Part shown: one piece after another, positions 49,951-62,650 of the stretch
Numbering within the stretch: position 1 is the stretch's first letter
Layout: every line of letters begins with the position of its first letter
From: Macrostomum lignano
Taxonomy: Eukaryota
Length of the DNA: 64,000 bases
Direction of reading: 5' to 3'
NCBI GenBank assembly: GCA_002269645.1
Contig: NIVC01000339.1
Location: 1 to 64,000 of the forward strand
Made by a program: the position numbers and the translations under genes
The notes under the pieces: model-generated
Told to the model about the DNA's origin: nothing
Databases searched by the model: none
Seen by the model: the letters and a program-made list of their open reading frames with translations, nothing else

Positions 49951-52735
49951 CATGTTGGTGGCTATAAGTAAGCTTACACATTGTTAGGTATAAGTTATAT
50001 AAGGTTTGCTGCAGGTTGAATATCTGCAATTGGAATTATACTAGTGGGTACTATAGGGTATCCAGCCATGATTGCACAATAGTTATTGTTCAAGATTGAT
50101 AAGAAAACAAGCAAGGCAATAAATCTCTCAGAATACCCATTGTTGTAAAAATAACAATTATGTTCTGAGACTCTGAGATTCTATCTTCAAACAACTAAGA
50201 AAGAGAAAGGTGCTCGGGCCAGTGGCTTCCTGACTCATATATATTTAGTATGTCTAGCTGGGCAGTCTACAAGTATGTAGCCATCCTCACAAGTGCATAC
50301 ATGGGAAAAGACTGATAGAGAGGGGTGGTCATAGGCTAGTAATAAAAATCAATAATAGAGTTAACCACTCCACTAGCATGCATATACCAAAGAATGCAAC
50401 ACCTATCCTTTTTGTCTTACTGCCTTTTCAAAAAAACAAGGAGCAATTGTCTATGGCCAAAACTTAAATAGCAGAGCAATAGTAGGTTTTGGCCACCTTA
50501 AACTAGTAGACATCTTACCTTTACGCAAGTTCAAATATTTACTTGCAGTAATTAAAAAAGTCATTATTTAAAAAAATAATTAAATGTGCAAAAGTAAAGG
50601 ATTGCCAAAATTTCATAGATAAAAACTTTATAAATAAATTTCTGGTCTTCATTGGGATTATAATAAATTATATTATTTTCTTTATGAAAAAACCATATTA
50701 AAATCGTGATATTCACAAAAATTAAAGTTTCTTTATTTTTGATTAAACACAAATGATAATTTCTAACAAAATTAAATATAAAATTCTAAAGACATTTATT
50801 AAACTTTTTTCAACTTTTAACCAATTTTTTTATTAAATATTTTTATAATTTTTGATAGACTATATCATTTTACTTTTTTAGTAAATTAGCTTTGTTTTTT
50901 CAGTTAAGAAATAACTTTTAATATACTAAACTATCCTAAATAAATATCCTAGATATCAATAGCATAATACAATTGTAATTTGTTTGTTTAAAGATGTTTT
51001 ATTATAACTTTTTATGACTGACTTTCTCTGAATCTCTGATCTCTGAAATGACTTTCATTGAACTGACTTTTTCCAAAATGACTTACTAAATTTTCTTTTT
51101 GCCAATGTGACCTGTACCTTTTCTTATCAACAGATTAGAAATAGAAAAGCTAAAAAATGATATATTGGACATAGAAATTGGTCAGCCTAAGTAAAAAAGT
51201 TTAATAAAAATATTAATAAAACTAAGAGTGTTTTGGCAAAAATTACCATAGTGCAACTTTCAAAATCTCAGTAGAGTTGCTACTATGTATATCCTTACTA
51301 TTTTAGCTTGTTTGAATCTATTAATTTTTAATTAATATGGCCAAACTATTCTATGGTTGATTTTGCTTTGGGGCAAAATGATCTATATAGACTACAAAGT
51401 CTAAGCAAAATGTCTATGACTAAAATAGTTAAATGGCAAAAAATCAATTATTTAAATAATAAGATTTGCTAGCAAGTTAAAATATTTACTAGATTTTTTA
51501 ATGTTTATTTTTTGGTATTTTTATCTTATAAATACTATTTAGTTTTTTATTTAAAATTCTTTATAGAAACTATAAAGAAGTTGTAACATCTAAAGTCTAA
51601 AAAGCTTGTATATGGTCTATCTAAAAGATTTAACTTAAAAACCTTTTTAAAAGAGTACTGTGTTTAATCTCAATGGTTAGCAAATGGTTAGCATTGCTAA
51701 CCATAAACACTTTCTAGTAAACCATGTACATTGGTCTAGACTATTATTTAAGATATAACCTCAATATGCCAAAACCTCAAATCATCATTTTATGCAATAT
51801 CTATAGATTTTATGTATACCATTTTATTATATCAAACTATTAGTATATTAATTAACTTCATAAAAAATAAGACAATATGGTATATATATAAAGATAACAA
51901 ATAGGCCTATATATATGACTAGACTTGAATCATTGAGTATTGAATCAATGAATATTCAGAATATTTAGAATCAAATCCAATCAACCAAATATTTGGTTCA
52001 AATCAGAGTTAGAAAGTTGATAATTTCAATATAGAATAGTTGCTTTGATATAAGGAAAATATTTGGAACTATTCATGGGTTTTGTGTTGGTGCAGGATTT
52101 TTGCTCATTAATATCGGGAAGGAATTAGAGACAGTTGTGTTCTGAGGAAAGGCAGAGGAATGAGGCATAACAATTGAGCATATTGTTTAAATTTGAGAAG
52201 GCTTTAGATGGACTGGAGAACAGATGTTTTAGTTTGAAGAGTCAAAAATACTTGGGTTTGTAGGCTTGTAACTCATAAATGAAGGGAGGGAGTTAAAGAT
52301 GGGACAATATATGGCACATCTTGAGGAAAGGCAGGGGTGCTTGAGCAATTGCAAGCATGTTGTGCTCAGATTTAAGGCTTTAAAGGAAGTGGAGCATTAA
52401 GAATCAAGTTTATAGAACATGGATTTGGGGGGCCTTAATTCCCACAAACTTGGAGGGATGGGGTTAGCATTTGTCTAGGCGCATTTCATTGAATAAAAAG
52501 TAAAGATGTGAGCCTATTGGTTAAAAAATAGCAGCCCTTAAAAATACATTACCCCTGGTGTCAAGGTTTTTAGCCATAAAATTTATCTGAATTTCCCTTA
52601 GCATCCAGGAATCCTATTAGCATTGGATCTACTGTTTATTTTATCTTTTGTTCCTACATCAAGTTTCGCCTTTTACAAGTATACATAGGATTTCTATAGT
52701 TTATTTTAATTACAGTTTTTTAATTGCATTTTCAG

Positions 52736-52827
52736 CCTGAATTCCAAGTGCAGCCTCGCATTGAACCCAGCGCCTTGCCATTATTCCATGCGCAACAATT
52801 CAACCATCCAATGGCAGGATTAGGACC
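52736..52827 (+). other. Duplicated CNOT2 start exon (orphan copy)
   Basis: TTTTCAG|CCTGAA..ATG(52811)GCAGGATTAGGACC|GTGAGT, the mirror of 36955-36864; the downstream CNOT2 exons are not duplicated. Confidence 0.75.
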
Positions 52828-53539
52828 GTGAGTTCGCTTGACTTTTCCACCTGTATAACTGATATAACTAAACCACTGTATAAGTAGTATCTTTAGATTA
52901 TCATTTATAAGCTACTGTATAAGTAGTATCTCTGGATTATCATTTCAGAATCCCTCTGCTGTTTATCCAATCCCCTCTTTTATTCTTTTCGTCTATTTGA
53001 TTTTTGTGTCCGCTATACTCTATTCGTGTTGTCTTTTCTTTCTTTACACAAAACAAAAAGCTCTTATCGGTTTTTAATCTGTGTTTTTATTTGTAGCAGA
53101 TGCTGTTACACTACTGTGAGTAGACGCGACGTTGTAATTTTCTGCGCGTTTTTTCACTTCGATAATTATAGTGGTGTTTTTTATTATTTTTTATTAAAAA
53201 TCAGTTCTTAAGCTGACCACAGTTTTATTGGGGCTGGGCCATACAGTAAGGCACTCAGCTGTTTCAGACTCGCAGTGTTTTCATATCACAACGAAATTAC
53301 CTTGGTGGGACCAAGCGAATCTGTTAGGTTTGTTATTTCCAACAGTAGATATTTTGTTTGTATCTCAAATCCCAAACCTATTAAAATACATTGTCTCTTT
53401 ATTTAGACTACACAAATATATCACATGTCTCGACATGACCATGCAGCGTGTTTTTGTAGGTTTTGTTCCTAGGCGGAACCAAATTTTCTCTTACAGTTCC
53501 TTTGAATTGCTTTTTAGTGTAGATTTTTAAAGTTTTATC

Positions 53540-54990
53540 CATCACAATCAATGGGAAATATCCATCCCAATCAATGGGAAATACCCATCCCAATCAGTGG
53601 GAAATATCCATCACAATCAATGGAAAAAATCCATCCCAATCAATGGGAAATACCCATCCCAATCAGTGGGAAATATCCATCCCAATCAATGGGAAATACC
53701 CATCCCAATCAGTGGGAAATATCCATCCCAATCAATGGGAAATACCCATCCCAATCAGTGGGAAATATCCATCCCAATCAATGGGAAATACCCATCCCAA
53801 TCAGTGGGAAATATCCATCCCAATCAATGGGAAATACCCATCCCAATCAATGGGAAATATCCATCACAATCAATGGGAAATATCCATCCCAATCAATGGG
53901 AAATACCCATCCCAATCAGTGGGAAATATCCATCACAATCAATGGGAAATATCCATCCCAATCAATGGGAAATACCCATCCCAATCAGTGGGAAATATCC
54001 ATCCCAATCAATGGGAAATATCCATCCCAATCAATGGGAAATATCCATCCCAATCAATGGGAAATATCCATCCCAATCAATGGGAAATACCCATCACAAT
54101 CAATGGGAAATATCCATCCCAATCAATGGGAAATATCCATCCCAATCAATGGGAGTTTTCCATCCCAATCAATGGGAGTTTTCCATCCCAATCAATGGGA
54201 AATACCCATCCCAATCAGATCGAAATATCCATCACAATCAATGGGAAAAATCCATCCCAATCAATGGGAAATATCCATCCCAATCAATGGGAAATATCCA
54301 TCCCAATCATTGGGAAATATCCATCCCAATCAGTGGGAAATACCCATCCCAATCAGTGGGAAATACCCATCCCAATCAGTGGGAAATACCCATCCCAATC
54401 AGTGGGAAATATCCATCCCAATCAGTGGGAAATACCCATCCCAATCAGTGGGAAATACCCATCCCAATCAATGGGAAATATCCATCCCAATCAATGGGAA
54501 ATATCCATCCCAATCATTGGGAAATATCCATCCCAATCAGTGGGAAATATCCATCCCAATCAGTGGGAAATATCCATCCCAATCAGTGGGAAATACCCAT
54601 CCCAATCAGTGGGAAATATCCATCCCAATCAATGGGAAATACCCATCCCAATCATTGGGAGTTATGCATCCCAATCAGTGGGAAATACCCATCCCAATCA
54701 GTGGGAAATATCCATCCCAATCAGTGGGAAATACCCATCCCAATCAGTGGGAAATACCCATCCCAATCAGTGGGAAATACCCATCCCAATCAGTGGGAAA
54801 TATCCATCCCAATCAATGGGAAATACCCATCCCAATCATTGGGAGTTATGCATCCCAATCAGTGGGAAATACCCATCCCAATCAGTGGGAAATACCCATC
54901 CCAATCAATGGGAAATATCCATCCCAATCAATGGGAGTTATGCATCGCAATCAATGGGAGTTTTCCATCACAATCAATGGGAATTGGAGA
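53540..54990. repeat. 23-bp minisatellite (CAATCAATGGGAAATATCCATCC) upstream of PIH1D1
   Basis: About 63 copies; stop-free in all three + frames, which explains the long repetitive ORFs. Confidence 0.97.
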
Positions 54991-55050
54991 GCATCCGATA
55001 TGTATCGATAGCAAACTATTTCGGCACCCACAGAAGCACAAATAGAAAAA

Positions 55051-56464
55051 ATGTCGTCTTCTTCCTCCCTGTCAATGCCGGTCGCTGATGAGTCCGAGGA
55101 TGCAGAGGAGAAGCTGCGCATTCTGCAGCAGCTGCTGGCCTCGCAAGACTCCGGCGCAGCCCCAGCCGCCGCCGCCGCCGGTGCCCCGGCCAGCCGTCAG
55201 GTGGCCTACGAGCCCGGGCTGTGCATCAAAACCCGTCAGGATTCGGGCGGCGCCAAGCTGTTCATCAACTTGTGCCGCAGCGCCGACCTGCCGGCGCCGC
55301 CCGAGGCCACGGACGAGCAGCTGGCCAAGCTGCTGGAGGATCCGGACAGCCACGCGGCCAGATTCCGGGTGCCGCTGAGCATCGGCGAGCCGCGGGCCGA
55401 GCGAGATCACGCGGGCTCCGCGTGCACAGCGATTGACGTTGTGGCCCACCCGAGCCTGCTGGACCGGATGCGCGCCAGCGACCTGTACCGGAACTTCGCC
55501 ATCAGCTTGGCTGTGGAGGGCGCCGAGGCCAAGCACGGGTTGAGTTTGAGCAGGCGGGATCTGACTGTGCTGCGGAATAAGAAATACGTTGGCAGCATTG
55601 AGCAGCAGGCGGCGCAGCACTTTGTGCGGTCCGGCGGCCCGCCAAAGCCGTTTATTCAGGTAAGACCGTTTTCTTCTGAAGATCGCCCATTGGAAATCTC
55701 CCCCTATCTAAGAATCGCCCATTGGAAATCTTCCTTATCTGACAATTGCCCATTGGAAATCTTCCCTATCTGAGAATCGGCCATTGGAAATCTCCCCTAT
55801 CTGAGAATCGCCCATTGGAAATCTCCCCTATCTGACAATTGCCCATTGGAAATCTCCCCTATCTGAGAATCGCCCATTGGAAATCTTCCCTATCTGACAA
55901 TTGCCCATTGGAAATCTTCCCTATCTGACAATTGCCCATTGGAAATCTCCCCTATCTGAGAATCGCCCATTGGAAATCTTCCCTATCTGAGAATCGGCCA
56001 TTGGAAATCTCCCCTATCTGAGAATCGCTCATTGGAAATCTCACCTGTCTCCCGAGAGACCCAGAAAGTCCCCATCTCCCCAGCTGAGTTCAATTGGAGT
56101 CGCACGCACCGCCCAAATCCAGGAAGTGTCTGGCAGCGAGGCGACGGCCCCGCAGCCCAGCTCGTCTCTCTCCGCACCGTCGAAGACGCCGCCCCGGCCG
56201 GAGTTCCGGCTGGTGCAGGAGCCGCCGTACGGTTCGCCCAGCCATTTCGTGTGCGAGATCCGCCTGCCGCTCATCAGCTCTGCCGGCTCCTTGCAACTGC
56301 AGGTTGGCGGCGACCGCCTGCTGCTCACCTGCCGCAGCCGGGCCTACCGGCTGGACTTCTACCTGCCTGTCTGCATCGACCAGGCCGCCTGCTGCGCCCA
56401 GTTTGATGCCGATAGCAGACTGCTCACCGTTACTATGCCTGTTGAGGGCGGGCCTGCCGCGTAG
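55051..56464 (+). CDS. PIH1D1: PIH1 domain-containing protein 1 (R2TP complex), ~316 aa
   Basis: Exons 55051-55659 and 56123-56464, phase 0; EPGLCIKT..KLFINLC..FRVPLSIGEP..AIDVVAHP (PIH1 domain) and a C-terminal CS-like domain (AQFDADSRLLTVTMPV). Confidence 0.9.
55680..56045. repeat. ~31-bp minisatellite (GCCCATTGGAAATCTCCCCTATCTGAGAATC) in the PIH1D1 intron
   Basis: About 11 copies starting just after the donor site. Confidence 0.95.
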
Positions 56465-56512
56465 CTTGGCGTGTGTTCGTGTTGTTGCTTTGGTGTGCGC
56501 GACTGTTGGCTG

Positions 56513-56805
56513 CAGTGACATTGACTGCCAGTGTGACATTGACTGCCAGTGTGACATTGACTGTCAGTGTGACATTGACTGCCAGTGTGACATTGACTGC
56601 CAGTGTGACATTGACTGTCAGTGTGACATTAACTGTCAGTGTGACATTGACTGCCAGTGTGACATTGACTGCCAGTGTGACATTGAATGTCAGTGTGACA
56701 TTGACTGCCAGTGTGACATTGAATGTCAGTGTGACATTGACTGCCAGTGTGACATTGAATGTCAGTGTGACATTGACTGCCAGTGTGATATTGGCTGACA
56801 GTGAC
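56513..56805. repeat. 18-bp minisatellite (GTGACATTGACTGCCAGT)
   Basis: About 16 copies just downstream of the PIH1D1 stop. Confidence 0.95.
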
Positions 56806-57304
56806 ATCTTAGCACATTACACAATGACACCATTTTTCATCGTGTTGAAGGTCTGGGAGGTTCGTCAGGTCGAGAAAGCCGCTAGTTGACTACGAGGGTA
56901 TTAGAGCGAGAAAGTTGATTCTGTGTGCAAACTCTCCGTCCAGCATGTACTTGTATGAAACTTGTATGAATCAATGTATCTGTGCCTGCAAAGATTATTG
57001 ATTTGCAGTTAATCCTTAGCTGCTGGCAGCTGTTAATCATATGAGACGCTTTGCAATTTTTGCATAACCATTTTGTTCTTAAAAAGAAACCGATTGCGAT
57101 AAGTGATTTTGAATTTCACTTTTTGTTTTTGTACTTTTTGTCTTCTTTATTCAAAAGTTTGTAGATATTTTGTTGATTATCACATAATTGTTTTGCCTGT
57201 AACTGGTTTCTCAGACAGAAAATAATTTTTTGTCTCTGATTAGTCAGAAAGAGGTCTGTCTGTCTCTATCTGGTCCAGAAAACATAGTCCTCTGATTCGT
57301 CAGA

Positions 57305-58060
57305 GAAAATGGTTTGCCAGTCGCTGATTGGTCTAGAGAGAGAAAATGGTTTGCCAGTCGCTGATTGGTCTAGAGAGAGAAAATGGTCTGCCAGTCGCTG
57401 ATTGGTCTAGAGAGAGAAAATGGTTTGCCAGTCGCTGATTGGTCTAGAGAGAGAAAATGGTCTGCCAGTCGCTGATTGGTCTAGAGAGAGAAAATGGTCT
57501 GCCAGTCGCTGATTGGTCTAGAGAGAGAAAATGGTCTGCCAGTCGCTGATTGGTCTAGAGAGAGAAAATGGTCTGCCAGTCGCTGATTGGTCTAGAGAGT
57601 GGTTTACTAGTCGCTGATTGGTCTAGAGAGAGAAAATGGTTTGCCAGTCGCTGATTGGTCTAGAGAGAGAAAATGGTCTGCCAGTCGCTGATTGGTCTAG
57701 AGAGAGAAAATGGTCTGCCAGTCGCTGATTGGTCTAGAGAGAGAAAATGGTCTGCCAGTCGCTGATTGGTCTAGAGAGAGAAAATGGTCTGCCAGTCGCT
57801 GATTGGTCTAGAGAGTGGTTTACTAGTCGCTGATTGGTCTAGAGGGAGAAATGGTTTACCAGTCGCTGATTGGTCTAGAAAGAGAATAGTTTGCCAGTCG
57901 CTGATTGGTCTAGAGGTCTAAAGAGAGAATGGTTTCCCAGTCGCTGATTGGTAACGGTTTGCCAGTCGCTGATTGGTCTAGAGGTCTAAAGAGAGAATGG
58001 TTTCCCAGTCGCTGATTGGTAACGGTTTGCCAGTCGCTGATTGGTCTAGAGAGAGAGAAT
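57305..58060. repeat. 37-bp minisatellite (GCCAGTCGCTGATTGGTCTAGAGAGAGAAAATGGTCT)
   Basis: About 20 copies with truncated variants. Confidence 0.95.
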
Positions 58061-58242
58061 GGTTTGCCTGTTGCTTCAATAAGCTTTTACTTTGTTTCCA
58101 TGTTTATCTGGCTTGTCTAAGGTTGGCATTTTCTGTCTTTATTAATAACCGGAAAATATTCTGAAAACATTACGACCCCTCAAGCCAATTCCAGAGTTAA
58201 AGCATCGCTGAGCTCTCCAGGCCGACAATCCGCCCAGCTCCC

Positions 58243-61203
58243 ATGGCCGCCGCCCCGCCCGCTGGCAAGACGCCAATCAGCTTATTGCAGGAGTTCAGCG
58301 TTAAGCGCTCCATCACCCCGGTGTACGATCTCATCGCCAACGAGGGCCCGGTGCACGAGCCGCTGTTCGTGTTCCAGTGCCGCGCTGGCGCCTTCTCCGG
58401 CATCGGCCGGGGTGTCAGCAAGAAGCGGGCCAAGCACAATGCCGCCCACGCCACCCTGCGGAAGATGCTGAACGATGGCGCTGCCCTCACCGAGCCTGAG
58501 TGCGCCACCATCAACCAGCTGTGCCAGGCCGACTCTGTTGCACCTTCGGGCAGCTCCGCGGCTGCGGCCGCTGCTGCTGCCAGCGCTGCCGCTGCTGCCG
58601 CTGCCGCCGCCGCTGCCGCTGCTTCAGCTGACGGCGGCGACTACGAAAACTCAGCTGCTGCCGCGGCTGCCACCGACGCGGCCGCCGCCGCCGCCTACCT
58701 GGCCAATCTGGAGGAGGACGACGAGGAGGCGGCCGGGAATCCCGTCGGCGAGCTGCAGGAGCTGTGCCAGCGCCGGCTGTGGCCGCAGGCCGCCTTTCAC
58801 TTCGCCTGCTCGCCGGGCCCGGCGCAGACCCGCCAGTTCGTCTGCACTGCCAGCCTGTGGCGCTGGGAGCAGCAGGCCTGCGCCAGGTCCAAGCGCCTGG
58901 CTAAACGGCGGGCTGCTCAGGTGAGGCTGCGAACTTGAGTTTTGGCTGCAGGGGAACTGCACAGATTGTTGGGAAACTGCTCAGATTGTAAGGGAGCTCC
59001 TCAGATTGTAGGGAAACTGCTCAGATTGTTGGGGAACTGCTCAGATTGTAAGGGAGCTCCTTAGATTGTAGGGAAACTGCTCAGATTGTTGGGGAACTGC
59101 TCAGATTGTTGGGGAACTGCTCAGATTGTAAGGGAGCTGCTCACATTGTTGGGGAGCTGCTCACATTGTAGAGGAACTACTAATTGTTGGGGAAATGCTC
59201 ACATTGTAGAGGAACTACTAATTGTTGGGGAACTGCTCACATTGTAGAGGAACTACTCATTGTAGATGAACTGCTCACATTGCTGTGGAACTGCTCACAT
59301 TGTAGAGGAACTGCTTACATTGATTTGGAACTGCTCACATTGTAGAGGAACTGCTAACATTGTAGAGGAACTGCTCACATTGTAGAGGAACTGCTCACAT
59401 TGTAGAGGAACTGCTCACATTGTTGGGGAGCTGCTCACATTGTAGAGGAACTACTAATTGTTGGGGAACTGCTCACATTGTAGAGGAACTACTAATTGTT
59501 GGGGAACTGCTCACATTGTAGAGGAACTACTCATTGTAGATGAACTGCTCACATTGCTGTGGAACTGCTCACATTGTAGAGAAACTGCTTACATTGATTT
59601 GGAACTGCTCACATTGTAGAGGAACTGCTCACATTGTAGAGGAACTGCTCACATTGTAGAGGAACTGCTCACATTGATTTGGAACTGCTCACATTGTAGA
59701 GGAACTGCTCACATTGTAGAGGAACTGCTCACATTGTAGAGGAACTGCTCACATTGTAGAGGAACTGCTTACATTGTAGAGGAACTGCTCACATTGTAGA
59801 GGAACTGCTCACATTGTAGAGGAACTGCTCACATTGTAGAGGAACTGCTCACATTGTAGAGGAACTGCTCACATTGTAGAGGAACTGCTCACATTGTAGA
59901 GGAACTGCTCACATTGTAGAGGAACTGCTCACATTGTAGAGGAACTGCTTACATTGATGTGGAACTGCTCACATTGTAGAGGAACTGCTCACATTGTAGA
60001 GGAACTGCTCACATTGTAGAGGAACTGCTCACATTGTAGAGGAACTGCTCACATTGTAGAGGAACTGCTCACATTGTAGAGAAACTGCTCACATTGTAGA
60101 GGAACTGCTCACATTGTAGAGGAACTGCTTACATTGATGTGGAACTGCTCACATTGTAGAGGAACTGCTCACATTGTAGAGGAACTGCTCACATTGTAGA
60201 GGAACTGCTCACATTGTAGAGGAACTGCTCACATTGTAGAGGAACTGCTCACATTGTAGAGAAACTGCTCACATTGTAGAGGAACTGCTCACATTGTAGA
60301 GGAACTGCTCACATTGTAGAGGAACTGCTCACATTGTAGAGGAACTGCTCACATTGTAGAGGAACTGCTCACATTGTAGAGGAACTGCTCACATTGTAGA
60401 GGAACTGCTCACATTGTAGAGGAACTGCTCACATTGTAGAGGAACTGCTCACATTGTAGAGGAACTGCTCACATTGTAATTTTTACGGGAAACTGCTTAG
60501 ATAGTTTTGAATGTTTGAACTGCTTGATGAAAACGGTACCCAGGCCAAGAAGCGTCCCAAAGTCACTTGCGTCGCAAGTTGTCACGGTACAAGTCGCCAA
60601 AAAATTGTCAGAGTCCAAGAATTAGTTTGAAACGTTTTATTGTCTGCGACTCTGTAACGACTCTGGGGCCATAAAGTCGTATTTGAGCTGTGTTAGAGTC
60701 GCACAGCCCATTGTGCCCGTCTCCCGCAGGCCCTCCTAGACCGAATCCGCGCTGAGAAGCTGACGATCCCGCAGGAGGAGCTGGACCTACTCGAAGAGGC
60801 CGAAATCCCCGTCGGCCGGGGCGCCGGCGAGGCCGGCCGCTCGTCCAGTCCGGCCAGGCTGTCCGCCACGGCCGGCACCGAGATCAACCGGCTGTTCGCC
60901 GGCCTTCGCGCTCGCAAAGGCGGCCCGACGCTCGGCCAGTTGGCCGAGTCGGCAGGTGGCGATGCCGACTGTCCGAAGGCGAGGCTGGAGGCGCTGGCGG
61001 CCGCGCACCGGTTCGCGCTGAACTTTCACGACTTGGCCGCGGGGCGCAGCGGCAAGGCGCCCTGCCTCCTGCGCCTGGGCACCGCGCCGCCGCTCGCAGC
61101 CGCAGGGTCCGGCGCCACGCCGGAGGAGGCGCGCGTCGAAGCCTGCCGCGCCGCTTTGGAGGCGCTGGCGGCGCTGACGGACCCGCACGGGCGGCCAGTC
61201 TAA
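58243..61203 (+). CDS. TARBP2/PACT/loquacious-like protein with three dsRNA-binding domains, 383 aa
   Basis: Exons 58243-58920 and 60730-61203, phase 0; dsRBD1 KTPISLLQE..GRGVSKKRAKHNAA, dsRBD2 NPVGELQEL..RSKRLAKRRAAQALL, type-B dsRBD3 CLLRLGTAP..GSGATPEEARVEACRAALEAL. Confidence 0.88.
58950..60478. repeat. 20-bp minisatellite (GAACTGCTCACATTGTAGAG) filling most of the dsRBD-gene intron
   Basis: About 75 copies; very homogeneous 3' half. Confidence 0.97.
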
Positions 61204-61204
61204 A

Positions 61205-61490
61205 CTGACTGTTGGAGTGAACTGCTGTGACTGCTGGGGCTGTTGGAGTGACCTGCTGGAGCTCTTGGGGAGACCTGCTGGAGCTCTTGGAGTGAACTGC
61301 TGGAGCTGTTGGAGTGAACTGCTGGGGCTGTTAGAGTGAGCTGTTGGAGTGAACTGCTGTGACTGCTGGGGCTGTTGGAGTGACCTGCTGGAGCTCTTGG
61401 GGAGACCTGCTGGAGCTGTTGGAGTGAACTGCAGGGGCTGTTAGAGTGAGCTGTTGGAGTGAACTTCTGGGGCTGTTTTCGTGAACTGCT
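61205..61490. repeat. Degenerate ~22-bp minisatellite (GTGAACTGCTGGAGCTGTTGGA) after the dsRBD-gene stop
   Basis: About 12 degenerate copies. Confidence 0.85.
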
Positions 61491-62650
61491 GTGTTTGGGA
61501 ATCCTGTCCCTCTGGTCTTACTCCAGAGCAATATTAGAGTAATTGCATTTTATTAAACGTTTAAACTTAATAATTCATTGTTAGGCACTTTTTTCAATTG
61601 TCACTCACATTGTGAATTAAAATTTTAAAATGTTGAATTGCTGCAATGTTTGTGTACAAACCTGCTACTTACAGTAGATACAGCAGATATCAACAATGAT
61701 CCAAATTGTTGCTGCAATGCAGTCTGAACTGTCATTTTTCAGTTAGTTTGTATCTCATATTTTTATTAACTTGAAATAAATATCATTTCGCCAGAAGACA
61801 GACTTCTTGTAAATCAGCTGGCACACTTTAAAAAGTTTGAGACTCCGTTTGGTTGTTTAATTTTCTTAGAAATGCATTCACACATAAAGTGCATTTACAT
61901 GTACTACTAATGGTGCTCCCAACGACTCAATTAGGACAGGGAGCTTCGGCTGAGTTTTTTTGAACAAGAAGAATTCTCAATCGAGTCCGTTTATTTTTCG
62001 CGCAAACCCAGTCCCCAAATTGTTTTCTGAGAAACACAACTTTCCCATCTTCTACTTGAGTCGTCTTTGGGTGGTCCTTGAATTTTTCAGAGTTTCGCGG
62101 TCCCCGTCTGCAATAAAAATTGTCTGAGAGCCGGGTTCAGCCGGCTATCCTCAGGTTCGAATGCTGAAAATGGGGAATAATATTTTTCTGAGAAGCCGCC
62201 GATGAGCAACCCGTCAAAATTGCCTTGCTGCTTTCTTTGCTTTTTTTAATTAGTGATGAACGGCTCCCTACTAGGAGAAGAAGGCCACGAGGCTTTGGCA
62301 GCCCGGAGGCCTGGCTGACGCGTCACGCAGGGTCTCGCGAACCGCGGTGGCATCAGCTGCTGTGCCATTGTCGAGTCTCAGCTCTGGTCTGTCCTCCTCT
62401 TTTTCAACTCGACATCGCGTGCTGCAAATGTTAGGAACTGTTCACTAATTACCTGAGCAGGGTCGTGTTTTGCTGCTGCTTTTTATTAGGGAAAAACACG
62501 ATTCTTCGTTGCTTTTTAATCATCCATCTGTTTCTTCTGTCGAGTCTGAGAGTGCTATATCCGATTATTCCGTGAGGCATGTAATTCAGCCTAACATACT
62601 ATATTTGGAAGTTAAATGATTTTGAGACAGTTTGCCGTCAGCTTCCATTC

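Larger units (their letters stand above)
36746..52945. repeat. Giant near-perfect inverted duplication: arms 36746-44833 and 44857-52945, 23-bp spacer
   Basis: Mirror ORF pairs sum to 89690 (e.g. 44680+45010, 38938+50752). The only difference noticed is a homopolymer indel (C5 at ~37259 vs G6 at ~52427). Spacer TCAAGATGCCAAGATGCCAAGAT. Confidence 0.97.

Noticed and set aside
36746-52945. Palindrome as a giant-TIR (foldback) transposon
   Set aside because: No TSD (left flank AGTAGCTTAT, right flank CAGAATCCCT), and the arm includes a host CNOT2 exon and ends inside an intronic satellite.
53551-55088. Three ~480-500-aa repetitive ORFs
   Set aside because: By-product of a stop-free 23-bp satellite that is open in all three frames. 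The same applies to ORFs over 25.9-28.0, 33.5-35.1 and 56.4-56.9 kb.
234-61188. Many 60-240-aa ORFs antisense to or overlapping the identified genes
   Set aside because: Shadow ORFs of GC-rich coding exons with no independent motifs.
62130-62170. tRNA or SINE suggested by B-box-like GGTTCGAAT
   Set aside because: No A-box, cloverleaf or tail could be built.
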